A model generated the notes under the pieces. The model ran no database searches. It was not told the DNA's origin and saw nothing but the letters and a program-made list of their open reading frames with translations. Positions 1 through 9,165 of a stretch of 64,000 nucleotides of DNA are shown here, in pieces. The DNA is taken from NCBI GenBank assembly GCA_963708295.1, contig CAVPSJ010000004.1, positions 512,001-576,000 on the forward strand, read 5' to 3'. Source of the DNA: an uncultured delta proteobacterium. GTDB taxonomy: Bacteria > Desulfobacterota > BSN033 > UBA1163. The first letter of the stretch is position 1. Each line of letters opens with the position of its first letter. The translations under genes were made by a program, and so were the position numbers.

Positions 1-11
1 CCGGCGGATGG

Positions 12-797
12 GTGAGGCTTTTTTGTAGACAATTCTTTAATATGACGGCTACTCGGGTTCTCAACCCAAGATCCAAGACGATATCTTTCGCGTGGAAGCC
101 ACTCGTCATGCTGGCGGTCGTGGCGGCCGCGTTCGCGTTGGCCTATTTCACGCCGGTGCGCAACTTTCTCGGCAACATTCAAATGGTCAAACTCTGGCTG
201 CTCTCGCTGGGGTGGGTGGGGCCGGCTGCATGGATGGGGATTGTTTTCGTGCTGGTGGCCGCGGGCATGCCCCGCCTACTGTTCTGCCCCATCGGCGGGT
301 TGGCATTCGGATTCTGGTATGGCCTCCTATGGACACAGGTGGCGACACTGGCCGGTTACTATGTGTTGTTTCTCTTCGTGCGCTGGGGCGGTCAGGATTT
401 TGTCTTGGGCCACTGGCCAAAGGTCGGGCGGTTAAAGAGGCATTTCAACGGCCATCCCGCGGCACTAACGGTCTTTGCCGTACGCCAGCTCCCCGTCAGC
501 GGGCTGGTTATTAACTTTCTCTTGGCACTCTCACCCATCCGACACAGTCACTTTCTGATAGGAACCGCATTCGGGATTCTACCCGCGGCGATCCCCTTCA
601 CCCTGGTAGCCAGCGGCATGCTCAAGCTGAACGGCCAAAACACGCCTTTTTATATAGCCGCTGCGGTGGGGATCTTCCTGCTCGTATGTGCCACTATGTG
701 GTATTTTTCTCGCCATGTAAAACTTCTGGCCGATCTGGGTAGCGAAACCAGAAGCGTGGGGGAAGAAGCCGAAAGCTCATCACCCGACGCTCCCTGA
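12..797 (+). CDS. DedA/TVP38 (SNARE-associated VTT domain) membrane protein
   Basis: Hydrophobic ORF with GGLAFGFWYG and FAVRQLPV..INFLLALSPIRHSHFLIGT motifs typical of the VTT family; true start may be the ATG at 42. Confidence 0.8.
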   Translation: MRLFCRQFFNMTATRVLNPRSKTISFAWKPLVMLAVVAAAFALAYFTPVRNFLGNIQMVKLWLLSLGWVGPAAWMGIVFVLVAAGMPRLLFCPIGGLAFGFWYGLLWTQVATLAGYYVLFLFVRWGGQDFVLGHWPKVGRLKRHFNGHPAALTVFAVRQLPVSGLVINFLLALSPIRHSHFLIGTAFGILPAAIPFTLVASGMLKLNGQNTPFYIAAAVGIFLLVCATMWYFSRHVKLLADLGSETRSVGEEAESSSPDAP

Positions 798-1053
798 AAG
801 AAGAGCGAGAAGGTCATGAGGTGCTTCGAAAACAACCCCATCTCCTGTGATCCTTCTTGACCTCCCCCAGTTTCTGCTTTTCTCTAAAAGGGCCTGAGCG
901 AACCCAATCACTTTCCAGTGCAACCGCATTTCAAAGTCTTGGGAATTTGTCTGCTTACCGGCTGGTCCCATCGGAGGGCGCGGCGTGGTTACCCTTTTTC
1001 ATCCCCGATGATAGATGTTCGGAGGAATGCGTCATCGAGGAATCCATTCGACT

Positions 1054-2097
1054 CTAAGGCGCGAAATAGGGACGGAGTTGATGGGCTACCTCCTCGGGCG
1101 GCTCTACAACGAACCCGTCATGGAGAATGCTGGACGAATACCAGGTGTCACTGACCGGGTAGGTCTGCACGCTGGATCGAGAGACAATCTTCATTCCCGC
1201 CCAAAAATAGCGACTGAGTTTCTTATCGAGGGGTCCCGAATAGATGGCGTAGTTGAAGCAAGAAAACCCTTTGTCATGATAAGCCCTTAACACCCGTGAA
1301 ATACCCTCGGCAAGATTTTCCCAATCGTTATCGTCAAATTCCAAGAAGTTAGACTTATCCCTCACGACGGCATTCACCTCGTCCTCTTTCATTGGAGCAA
1401 ACGGAGTGAACCATTCCGTAGATCCCAAGCTTCCCAGATACCTTTCGCCAAGCTCTTTCTCCTTCTCGATTAACTCCTCCCAAAAATTCCGAGAATACTT
1501 CCTGTGATGGGACCTTCCTTTTTCTGTGTAGACCTTGATCAGGGAATGGGGACCATGAGACAGAATCACCTGAAGGTGAGGATGGACCATGCTGGCTCCG
1601 CTGGGGTAAAGATAGTTACCGCCGATCTCAGCATATTCGACGCCGCCTACTTGGTGAGCCCGTCGGATATAAAAATCCGCCAGCCTGAGAGCGTCCGTAA
1701 GAATACTCGGCGAAAACTCGTTGAGCTTTAAATAATGTTTCCGGGTGATGGCGATGATCGCGGAATATTGCTTATGGGCAAAAAGGTTGGGGAACAGGAT
1801 CGCCTCACCCCGCGTCAACCTTCCCTCGGAGATAAAATCAATCGGGAATGTTGGAGTCGAGGTTGCCACTTTTCCCGGGCAGAAAAAACACTTTCCCCGA
1901 GTTTCTTCAATCAGCTTTTCTAAAACAGCTGCGTCTGTTTTGTAAACCCCGGCCCAGAATGCCCGGCCGGTGCGTATGAAGGAAGTAAAACCGCTGAGAG
2001 GATCCTCACGGTATTCAATTGGTTGACAATCGATCTCAAAATTCTTAAGCGGGTTATGAAGCAAGGCCTCTTCTTCAAACTTTTTGAACCGGATCAT
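1054..2097 (-). CDS. Galactose-1-phosphate uridylyltransferase-like HIT-family protein
   Basis: EYREDPL, CFFC, LFPNLF and GASMVHPHLQ (HxHxQ) motifs. Confidence 0.8.
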   Translation of the reverse strand: MIRFKKFEEEALLHNPLKNFEIDCQPIEYREDPLSGFTSFIRTGRAFWAGVYKTDAAVLEKLIEETRGKCFFCPGKVATSTPTFPIDFISEGRLTRGEAILFPNLFAHKQYSAIIAITRKHYLKLNEFSPSILTDALRLADFYIRRAHQVGGVEYAEIGGNYLYPSGASMVHPHLQVILSHGPHSLIKVYTEKGRSHHRKYSRNFWEELIEKEKELGERYLGSLGSTEWFTPFAPMKEDEVNAVVRDKSNFLEFDDNDWENLAEGISRVLRAYHDKGFSCFNYAIYSGPLDKKLSRYFWAGMKIVSRSSVQTYPVSDTWYSSSILHDGFVVEPPEEVAHQLRPYFAP

Positions 2098-2849
2098 CTT
2101 TTCCTCCCTTGGGCTCGGATTTCCAAAAGAACAAGCCTTAGTTTCTTGCCGGAAGCTTTCGCTGGATGAATATGTCCTTTTTACAGGATTTGCTGTTGAA
2201 ATTCAAACAGGAATAAGTCAGCGGATAACCGATGATTCATTCTCTTCTTCAGAGCAGACGGACATGTTGTGTCGCAAATAGAAGACCAAAAAATCCCTAC
2301 CGGGAAATAATACCGTTACGGCGTACCGAAGAGAAGTTCAAAAACAGAAAGCTAACCCAAAAGGTTAGCTTTCTCCGAATTGTTTATTTGGAAACCCGCC
2401 TTCTCCAAAATAGCTCACGGGTTCCCTTTTTTTTTCGGGGGATCGGCTTGGAACCTACCCCCTATCTATGGGAAATTTCCATCTGTGAATTTGTCCGTAT
2501 GTTGCTTTGCTTGCTTTCGTTCTCCTTTCCTATAATCATTATAATCTATTTTTCTTTTTTGAGCCAATCGACGAAACCCGATGCCGGGCCTCAGATCTTC
2601 GTTCTTCTCCTCGCTCATACCATTCGGCTCAACACGGGAAATGCCAAAGCAAAGGGTTTCTCAAATCAAGTAGCGCGGATGGGCTTAAAGGATAACTTCT
2701 ACCCCATTTTCAGGATTCCGGGATTCGCTAAGAGACGAACTCGTAGCCCAGCGACATGGTAGCCCGGTGACGAGGCGAAGCGCCTGGATGTTTTTGGCCG
2801 ACACTTCATCAAATAATTATGGTATAATACCACTCACCAGGGGATTTAG

Positions 2850-3095
2850 ATGAATTTTTCAACATACACCGACATCATCGTTTCCTTTGCTCAGAACAAC
2901 CCGGTTATCGTAATTGTTATTGTGCTGGGCCTTCTTTACTTCATCTACCGGAAGCCAAAACTTTTTTTTGGCCTTCTCGGTCTCGGGCTGGTGCTGGCAG
3001 GACTGTTTTATCTGGTCATGACGATGGCGGGGTCGGGGTCGGAGAAGAAGAAAACACTGACTCACGAGGAAGAGCAATCCGATACCACCCGTTGA
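2850..3095 (+). CDS. Small two-TM membrane protein
   Basis: Two hydrophobic segments; extended -10 TGGTATAAT at 2820-2828. Confidence 0.65.
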   Translation: MNFSTYTDIIVSFAQNNPVIVIVIVLGLLYFIYRKPKLFFGLLGLGLVLAGLFYLVMTMAGSGSEKKKTLTHEEEQSDTTR

Positions 3096-3302
3096 CGCTT
3101 CGCTTTTACCAAACCAGGGAGTTCTTTGACTCGCGACACCCATCTCGTGTCCAATCTACTCCCGTCCAAAGGGGTATTCAGGATGGTCAGGCGTGGGCAA
3201 TTCTTTGCCATTCGTTCAAACTGTACGGCAAAATTTGGCCACTTATTATATTCTATCTTCAAAAAACCTATAAAAAACAAAAACTTGAAATCGCTGACCA
3301 AT

Positions 3303-3318
3303 TGGCATAGAATATGCT
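3303..3318 (+). promoter_or_regulatory. Candidate sigma54 (-24/-12) promoter
   Basis: TGGCATAGAATATGCT = GG-N10-GC, preceded by an A-rich IHF-like tract (AAACAAAAACTTG). Confidence 0.55.
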
Positions 3319-3454
3319 CACTTATCCTCGCAGAATTTGTCAAAGGAACACGTGTCTCCAAGCGAGGTGACGGCCTGACCGGCCGCAAAACGGTATGAGA
3401 AGCTTTACCTGATGCTGGATTTTGGCCGATCACTTGACAACGATTCATGAGATC

Positions 3455-4555
3455 ATGATCTCGATCTTCACCGGAAAGAAAGAATTCAAAATTCGTCAGG
3501 ACATCCTCCGCGGTGTCTACGAAGAAAACCTCTCGATACTCGGCAGGGGCCAACCCCCCCTGTCACGACGGAGATCTTTCTTTGCGAAAGGAATTTTCTT
3601 GTCCATGGTGCTCTCCGCCTTTGTGGTTCTCATGCCCGACCAACACACGGGCAGTTCATTCGCGCCAGCAGAACGCACCCTGAAGATCAGCTCACTTCCC
3701 GTTTCGCTTCCCCCGGCAATGGTTTCAGCAGAATTGTCCCCGGATACGGACAAGTACCCTCATCTTCCCGCCGCAAGTGCTGCCCCGGAAGTCCCGCCGA
3801 ACTCTTCCGAGTTCAGTGCCATTCTAAACAATCACAATGTATCCCTCATGCGGATGCTTGGGCTGAAAATTAGGACGATCATGATCGATGCAGGCCATGG
3901 CGGATCCGATTCGGGCACCATTGGAAAGACCGGTACGAAGGAAAAGGATATCACCCTCGATCTCGCTAAGAGACTGAAAGCCCATTTGCTCAAGAGCAAC
4001 CTCCACGTCCTCATGACGAGGGAGGATGATTCGACCGTGCCACTTCTCGAACGGGTGACCCTTGTCCGTGAAGCAAAAGCCGACCTTTTCATCTCCATTC
4101 ATCTCAATTACTTGCCAAAGAAGAACACGAATATCATTGAAACGTATTATTTCGGACCTTCCGATGACAAGAAAACGCTGAGGCTCGCCGAGAAAGAAAA
4201 CGCAGGATCGGAATATGGATTGAGCGATTTCAGGGAAGTCGTGGAAATGCTCGGCACGACCATGAAGCTTCAGGAATCCAAGGAGTTTGCTGAATCCATT
4301 CAGGCGAATCTGTTTCTGAATCGGAGTAAACATACAAAAGATATACAGGACCACGGCGTAAAGAGGGCACCCTTCGTGGTCCTTCTGGGCGTGGACGTGC
4401 CCTCCGTGCTGGCAGAGGTGTCCTGTCTCAGCAATCCTGAAGAAGAGCTTGATCTCAATTTTGAAAGCCACAGAGAGAATATTGCCAGTTACCTTGCAAC
4501 CGGTATTTTCGACTATCTCAATAAAGGAGCCCGAACCCATGAAGCCAAAAGATGA
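3455..4555 (+). CDS. Membrane-anchored N-acetylmuramoyl-L-alanine amidase (Amidase_3, AmiA/B/C-type)
   Basis: IDAGHGG, EKDITL, FISIHLN and LAEVSCLSN zinc/catalytic motifs; N-terminal TM; ATG at 3455 is in frame with ORF 3422. Confidence 0.9.
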   Translation: MISIFTGKKEFKIRQDILRGVYEENLSILGRGQPPLSRRRSFFAKGIFLSMVLSAFVVLMPDQHTGSSFAPAERTLKISSLPVSLPPAMVSAELSPDTDKYPHLPAASAAPEVPPNSSEFSAILNNHNVSLMRMLGLKIRTIMIDAGHGGSDSGTIGKTGTKEKDITLDLAKRLKAHLLKSNLHVLMTREDDSTVPLLERVTLVREAKADLFISIHLNYLPKKNTNIIETYYFGPSDDKKTLRLAEKENAGSEYGLSDFREVVEMLGTTMKLQESKEFAESIQANLFLNRSKHTKDIQDHGVKRAPFVVLLGVDVPSVLAEVSCLSNPEEELDLNFESHRENIASYLATGIFDYLNKGARTHEAKR

Positions 4556-5567
4556 GCAGAAGGAAGACAACGTCCTGTTTGTCGGCATCGACCTTGGAAC
4601 ATCACGGAGTGCCATCTCTTCGAGCAATGGCATGCGGGAATGGATTGAGAGTTACGCCGGATGGCCGAAGGACTTTATCGCTGAGCAGGTCGTCGGAAAA
4701 CCGGTGCTCTTCGGAGCCGAAGCACTGCAGCACCGGCTTTCTCTCGACATCTGCAGGCCCCTTGAACGGGGCATCATCAAGGAAGGGATCGAAAGTAGCG
4801 AGAGGGCGGTCAAAGAAATCATCCGACATCTTATTGATCTTGCCAAGCCTGAGGCCGCCCACAAGATTCACGCAGTGGTCGGGGTCCCCGCCGATTCGCT
4901 AAAAGTCAATAAGCTTTCCATCCGGAGGGCGGTCGTAGAATATGTGCATACGCTCATGGTGGTATCGGAACCCTTTGCGATCGCCTACGGAATGAATCTG
5001 CTGAATGACGCGCTCATCATCGACATCGGGGCCGGGACCATTGACTTCTGCATCATGCATGGGACCATTCCTTCTGAAGAAGACCAGCGGACCATTTTCA
5101 CGGCAGGCGACTACATCGATGAGCAACTCTTCAATTATCTCATTGAGAAATACCCGAATTCAAAGTTCAACAAGAACATGGTGCGGCAGTTCAAGGAGAA
5201 ATTCAGTTTTGTGCGCGACATCCAAGAACAGATTCGCGTCGAGCTGCCGGTGAACGGCAAACCGGTCATGCATGACATCAAGGAGGAGATTCGGCGGGCA
5301 TGCGAGAGCATGCTGCCGTCACTCGTTGAGACTACGACCGAAATGATCGCCCGGTTTGATCCCGAATTCCAGATGAAGATAAAGAACAATATCGTTCTTG
5401 CGGGAGGAGGAAGTCTGATCCGAGGGATTGCTGAGTACCTACAGAATGCCTTGAGGGAATACGGCACCTGCAAGGTCACCTGCGTTGCAGACCCGCTCTT
5501 TGCGGGCGCGGATGGGGCGCTCAAGCTCGCCCAAGACATGCCGTCCAAATACTGGGAAACACTCTGA
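4539..5567 (+). CDS. MamK/Mad28-type actin-like ATPase
   Basis: GIDLGTS, YAGWPKD, VVGVPA, VVSEPFAIAYG, IDIGAGT, EEDQRT..AGDYID, NIVLAGGGS and C-terminal LKLAQDMPSKYW resemble MamK rather than MreB; RBS AAGGAG at 4524; overlaps the amidase end. Confidence 0.85.
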   Translation: MKPKDEQKEDNVLFVGIDLGTSRSAISSSNGMREWIESYAGWPKDFIAEQVVGKPVLFGAEALQHRLSLDICRPLERGIIKEGIESSERAVKEIIRHLIDLAKPEAAHKIHAVVGVPADSLKVNKLSIRRAVVEYVHTLMVVSEPFAIAYGMNLLNDALIIDIGAGTIDFCIMHGTIPSEEDQRTIFTAGDYIDEQLFNYLIEKYPNSKFNKNMVRQFKEKFSFVRDIQEQIRVELPVNGKPVMHDIKEEIRRACESMLPSLVETTTEMIARFDPEFQMKIKNNIVLAGGGSLIRGIAEYLQNALREYGTCKVTCVADPLFAGADGALKLAQDMPSKYWETL

Positions 5568-5577
5568 GCGCAGGCCG

Positions 5578-6582
5578 ATGTTTGAAGGTCTGAGGCGCCC
5601 CCTGAGAGAGCACATGACCGGCGAAACGATACTTGTCGTAGACGCAGGTGAGGACATAGATCAGAGAATGACCGCTACGCTCGAGGCGGAGAGCTACCTG
5701 GTCTATCCCGTCTCCAGCCAAGATGTGAACGCTGAGCTGGCTGAATTACTCCAGCCTTCGTTGACCTACATCAAGCCCCTTGACCTGAGCCCAACGGGGC
5801 TCAAACCCTGTAAAGCCATTCATGCCATTCCTCTCTTAAGAAAGGTCCCTGTTATTATCTTAGCCTCCATGAAAAAACCGCTGAGTCCCGACACCTCCAG
5901 GGAATACGGGGTCGTGGATTTTCTCGAACCGACATTCGGCCCGGAAGAGCTCATCGAAAAGACTCGATCGATTCTGGGAAAGACGGCTCCTTCGCGAAGC
6001 CCGATAGAGGATGGACCGACCCCCTTGCCACAACCTCAAAGGGAAACGAAGAAAAAGCGCCCTGCGTTTTTCCTGCCTGCGATCGGCATCGTGACCCTTC
6101 TGGTGATTGCCGGAGTGGGTATTCTGGCTTTTCAGCAATTTATGCCAGCCCAGAATATTTTGCCTTCTTCCACCGTGGCAGCCCCTGTTCGGGTTCCATC
6201 CCCCGCTCCTCGGGCTGAATCGAAACCGCAGTTGCCCCCGGAAAAGAACGTCGTAAATACTTCCGACCCTGTATCGCCCGTACCGTCCACGCCGCCCGGG
6301 CAACCCTCGTCGCGCTCATCGGAATCCGCATCCCAACCCCCACGCACGCCGTTCTACTCTGTCCAGCTGGGAGCCTTCAAGAATGAAGACAAAGCGCAGG
6401 CCCTCGCGAAGAAGTTCCGGGAAAAAGGATACGACGCATTTATTCATCTGGGCGTAGCAAAGGATAACTTTCCGATTTATAGAGTACTGGTCAGCAAGTA
6501 TGAAGAAAGAAAGGCTGCCAAAAAGCTGGCAGGAGAAATTCAATCGAGGGAAGAAATCCAGACCACCCTATACGGCGAATGA
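5578..6582 (+). CDS. Pseudo-receiver domain - TM - Pro-rich linker - SPOR domain protein
   Basis: N-terminal REC-like fold (ILVVD..VPVIIL..GVVDFL), TM FFLPAIGIVTLLVIAGVGILAF, C-terminal YSVQLGAFKNEDKA SPOR motif. Confidence 0.85.
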   Translation: MFEGLRRPLREHMTGETILVVDAGEDIDQRMTATLEAESYLVYPVSSQDVNAELAELLQPSLTYIKPLDLSPTGLKPCKAIHAIPLLRKVPVIILASMKKPLSPDTSREYGVVDFLEPTFGPEELIEKTRSILGKTAPSRSPIEDGPTPLPQPQRETKKKRPAFFLPAIGIVTLLVIAGVGILAFQQFMPAQNILPSSTVAAPVRVPSPAPRAESKPQLPPEKNVVNTSDPVSPVPSTPPGQPSSRSSESASQPPRTPFYSVQLGAFKNEDKAQALAKKFREKGYDAFIHLGVAKDNFPIYRVLVSKYEERKAAKKLAGEIQSREEIQTTLYGE

Positions 6583-6600
6583 TGATCAAGACGCGAAGCC

Positions 6601-7554
6601 GTGTCCACCGTCTTCTCAAAACCGACTCAGACTCGAGATAAGCTGCTGAAAACGAAGATACTGGTGTTCCTGTTCCTTCTGGCATGCTTACCCGGTTGTT
6701 ATTCCGGAAGCGTCAAGCCGCTGCTGAACCGTCCTGAATTTAAGGCTGAGAACGAACCGATTCGAATCTTAAGAATCCTTCTGATCACCGACGTCTCCTA
6801 TCAAAAAGACGAAATCGAGAAATTTGTTTCAAAATGCTCGCGCCTTGCTGAAATGCAGGTTGGGATACGCCTTGAAATTGTTGATGGGTACCAAATCAAA
6901 TGGGAAGATGAGTTAGAGGATATCATCAAAATGGAAATGAGGATTGCGGCGGACACCTGGAGTAAGAGGGAACGATTTGATATCGCCCTTACTTTTGTGA
7001 ATTTTGTTCAAAGAGTCAGGGGCGGTAAATTTCCCCTGGGGGCCACCGACACATTTTTTTGGAGGTATCTCTTCGTAAAAGAGCTGGATCCATATATTCT
7101 TCTACACGAGCTGTTTCATGCCTTTTTGCTCGAGCAAGGTGATTCAGGAAGCTGGGTCATGAAGGCAGCAAGACCTCCTTATGGAGGCGAATGGTACTGG
7201 CTTACCCCGGAGGATAGGAAGAAGGTACTTCGTAATAAATGGAGAGATTTCAATATCATGCCTGCTACCGAGCATGAAGAAGCAAGGAAATCGAACGAAA
7301 GCTGGTTTTACTACAACTTGGGGTCGACCTATCTTCAACGAAGGGAGTTTGAGCAGGCCATTCTATTGTTGAACAAATCTCTTGAGATAAACCCGGCGTA
7401 TGCCGACGCTTACGTCAGTCGGGGGAGGAGTCATTATTTTAGAGGAGAATACGACAAATCTTGGGAGGACATTAAAAAGGCACAAGACTTGGGCTACACA
7501 ATTCCCGCTGAATTTCTCAATGATCTTCGCAGGGCCTCTGGTAGAAATAAGTAA
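6601..7554 (+). CDS. Putative lipoprotein with HEXXH zinc-peptidase motif and C-terminal TPRs
   Basis: Lipobox-like LPGC after a hydrophobic stretch; LLHELFHAF; YYNLG..SLEINPAYADAYVSRG TPR pattern. Confidence 0.7.
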   Translation: MSTVFSKPTQTRDKLLKTKILVFLFLLACLPGCYSGSVKPLLNRPEFKAENEPIRILRILLITDVSYQKDEIEKFVSKCSRLAEMQVGIRLEIVDGYQIKWEDELEDIIKMEMRIAADTWSKRERFDIALTFVNFVQRVRGGKFPLGATDTFFWRYLFVKELDPYILLHELFHAFLLEQGDSGSWVMKAARPPYGGEWYWLTPEDRKKVLRNKWRDFNIMPATEHEEARKSNESWFYYNLGSTYLQRREFEQAILLLNKSLEINPAYADAYVSRGRSHYFRGEYDKSWEDIKKAQDLGYTIPAEFLNDLRRASGRNK

Positions 7555-7718
7555 AGACGTGTTGCTGAAAGAGTGAATACAAAATCTCTTCCCCAAACAC
7601 AAAATTGTAAGGAGTAATGAATAGTTTTCGCTGTCCTGTTTGCCATGTACTCCGTTATATCTAAATGCAACCTAACGACGGAAGTGAATTATCCTTTGTT
7701 CATCTGCAACCAACGGGG

Positions 7719-8732
7719 CTAAAAGCCATGAGACTCGTTGTTCGCCTCTTTTTTTTCCTCTTTATATTTTAGTTTAGGCGCCTCGATCGTAACGGTTACG
7801 CCTGGCGGGACCGAACGGGTTAACCAAACATTGCCTCCGACAATCGAGCCGGCCCCAACGACCGTCTCACCCCCTAGAATGGTTGCGCCAGCATAGATGG
7901 TAACGTGGTCTTCGATGGTTGGGTGGCGTTTCACCCTTCTAAGCGTATCGCCCTTTTCTTCCATAGGAAGACTGAGGGCCCCCAGGGTAACTCCTTGATA
8001 AACTCTGACGAATTCGCCAATGACACTGGTCTCTCCAATCACAACCCCTGTCCCGTGGTCGATGAAGAAATGCCGGCCGATGAGGGCTCCCGGGTGGATA
8101 TCAATACCGGTGACGCTATGCGCATACTCCGTCATCATCCTCGGGATCAAAGGAACCTCCTGACCGTGAAGCTCGTGGGCAAGACGGTAGGTCATGATAG
8201 CCATGATGCTTGGGTAACCAAAGATAATTTCATCAAAGCTTTTTGCGGCGGGATCTCCTTGGTAGGCAGCTTTAACGTCTTCGGCCAGAATTTTTCTAAG
8301 GCCTTTCAATTTCTTCAACAGGGCAAGGGCTTCCTTTTGTCCTCTTTCTGAGCAAGAGGTGCAGACCATTTGATGACGACGGCATTCATGACGGATACTC
8401 AGGGTGATTTGCTTGGATAACAGTTCAAAAAGGCTATTTATTTCGATGCCCATTTGGTAGGCCAGGTTGAAACTATCCACCTCATGCTCCCCAAAATACC
8501 CGGGGAAGAGGACCTTTTTAAGACGCTCGACGATCTCAATCACGACCTCTCGAGAAGGCAACCCTACCAGGTTCAGGTGATGCAGGGTATCCCTATCCTG
8601 GCAACTCTCCACCAGACCAGAAACAATCTCTGGAAGTTCTTGACGAAACAAAGGGGGCAGCTCACATTCCACATGGTCAGTCTCTGATGAGAAAAGCGTT
8701 TCTTCAGGACATTCGCAATTAATTTTATTCAT
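7719..8732 (-). CDS. cysE: Serine O-acetyltransferase (long EpsC/CysE type)
   Basis: GDPAAKS, TGIDIHPGA, FFIDHGTGVVIGET and RHPTIED motifs. Confidence 0.9.
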   Translation of the reverse strand: MNKINCECPEETLFSSETDHVECELPPLFRQELPEIVSGLVESCQDRDTLHHLNLVGLPSREVVIEIVERLKKVLFPGYFGEHEVDSFNLAYQMGIEINSLFELLSKQITLSIRHECRRHQMVCTSCSERGQKEALALLKKLKGLRKILAEDVKAAYQGDPAAKSFDEIIFGYPSIMAIMTYRLAHELHGQEVPLIPRMMTEYAHSVTGIDIHPGALIGRHFFIDHGTGVVIGETSVIGEFVRVYQGVTLGALSLPMEEKGDTLRRVKRHPTIEDHVTIYAGATILGGETVVGAGSIVGGNVWLTRSVPPGVTVTIEAPKLKYKEEKKEANNESHGF

Positions 8733-9041
8733 GACACTTATGGCTCCTTTCTCGTAATTCCTGGATACCGATAGAAGCTTAATCCTTTCAACTCAAAGCC
8801 GCGTTCAGATGCATTGAATCTTTATCATTTTCAAGATAACACATCCTTGATGCGTGTCACCACTCCTGGCTGATCGTATCGGAACATCAATCAGAGAACG
8901 AATAGAAAGCGAGAAATGTCTTACACACTTTTTGAGAAGTAATTTAGAATTTCTAGGAAAATCCCTTCCGTTTTAGATAGCAAAGGGCAGGGTTGATTTT
9001 GACCCTGCCTTTTGCTATTTTCTTTTCGCTGTGTTCTTTTC

Positions 9042-9070
9042 TTGACACAGGACCTTCCTTTCCGTATACT
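9042..9070 (+). promoter_or_regulatory. Sigma70 promoter of the thiolase gene
   Basis: TTGACA-17 nt-TATACT. Confidence 0.7.
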
Positions 9071-9165
9071 TATCTCGCCCGAAGGGGAGAGAGGACGGGC
9101 AGGCAAGGCATGTTCTGGAGTGAATTTATGTCTGAGATCAATTTCATGAGAAAGGGGACAATGGC

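Noticed and set aside
4539-5567. Magnetosome gene cluster or canonical mreB
   Set aside because: No other mam/mad genes and no mreC/mreD are in the window, so no gene symbol was assigned.
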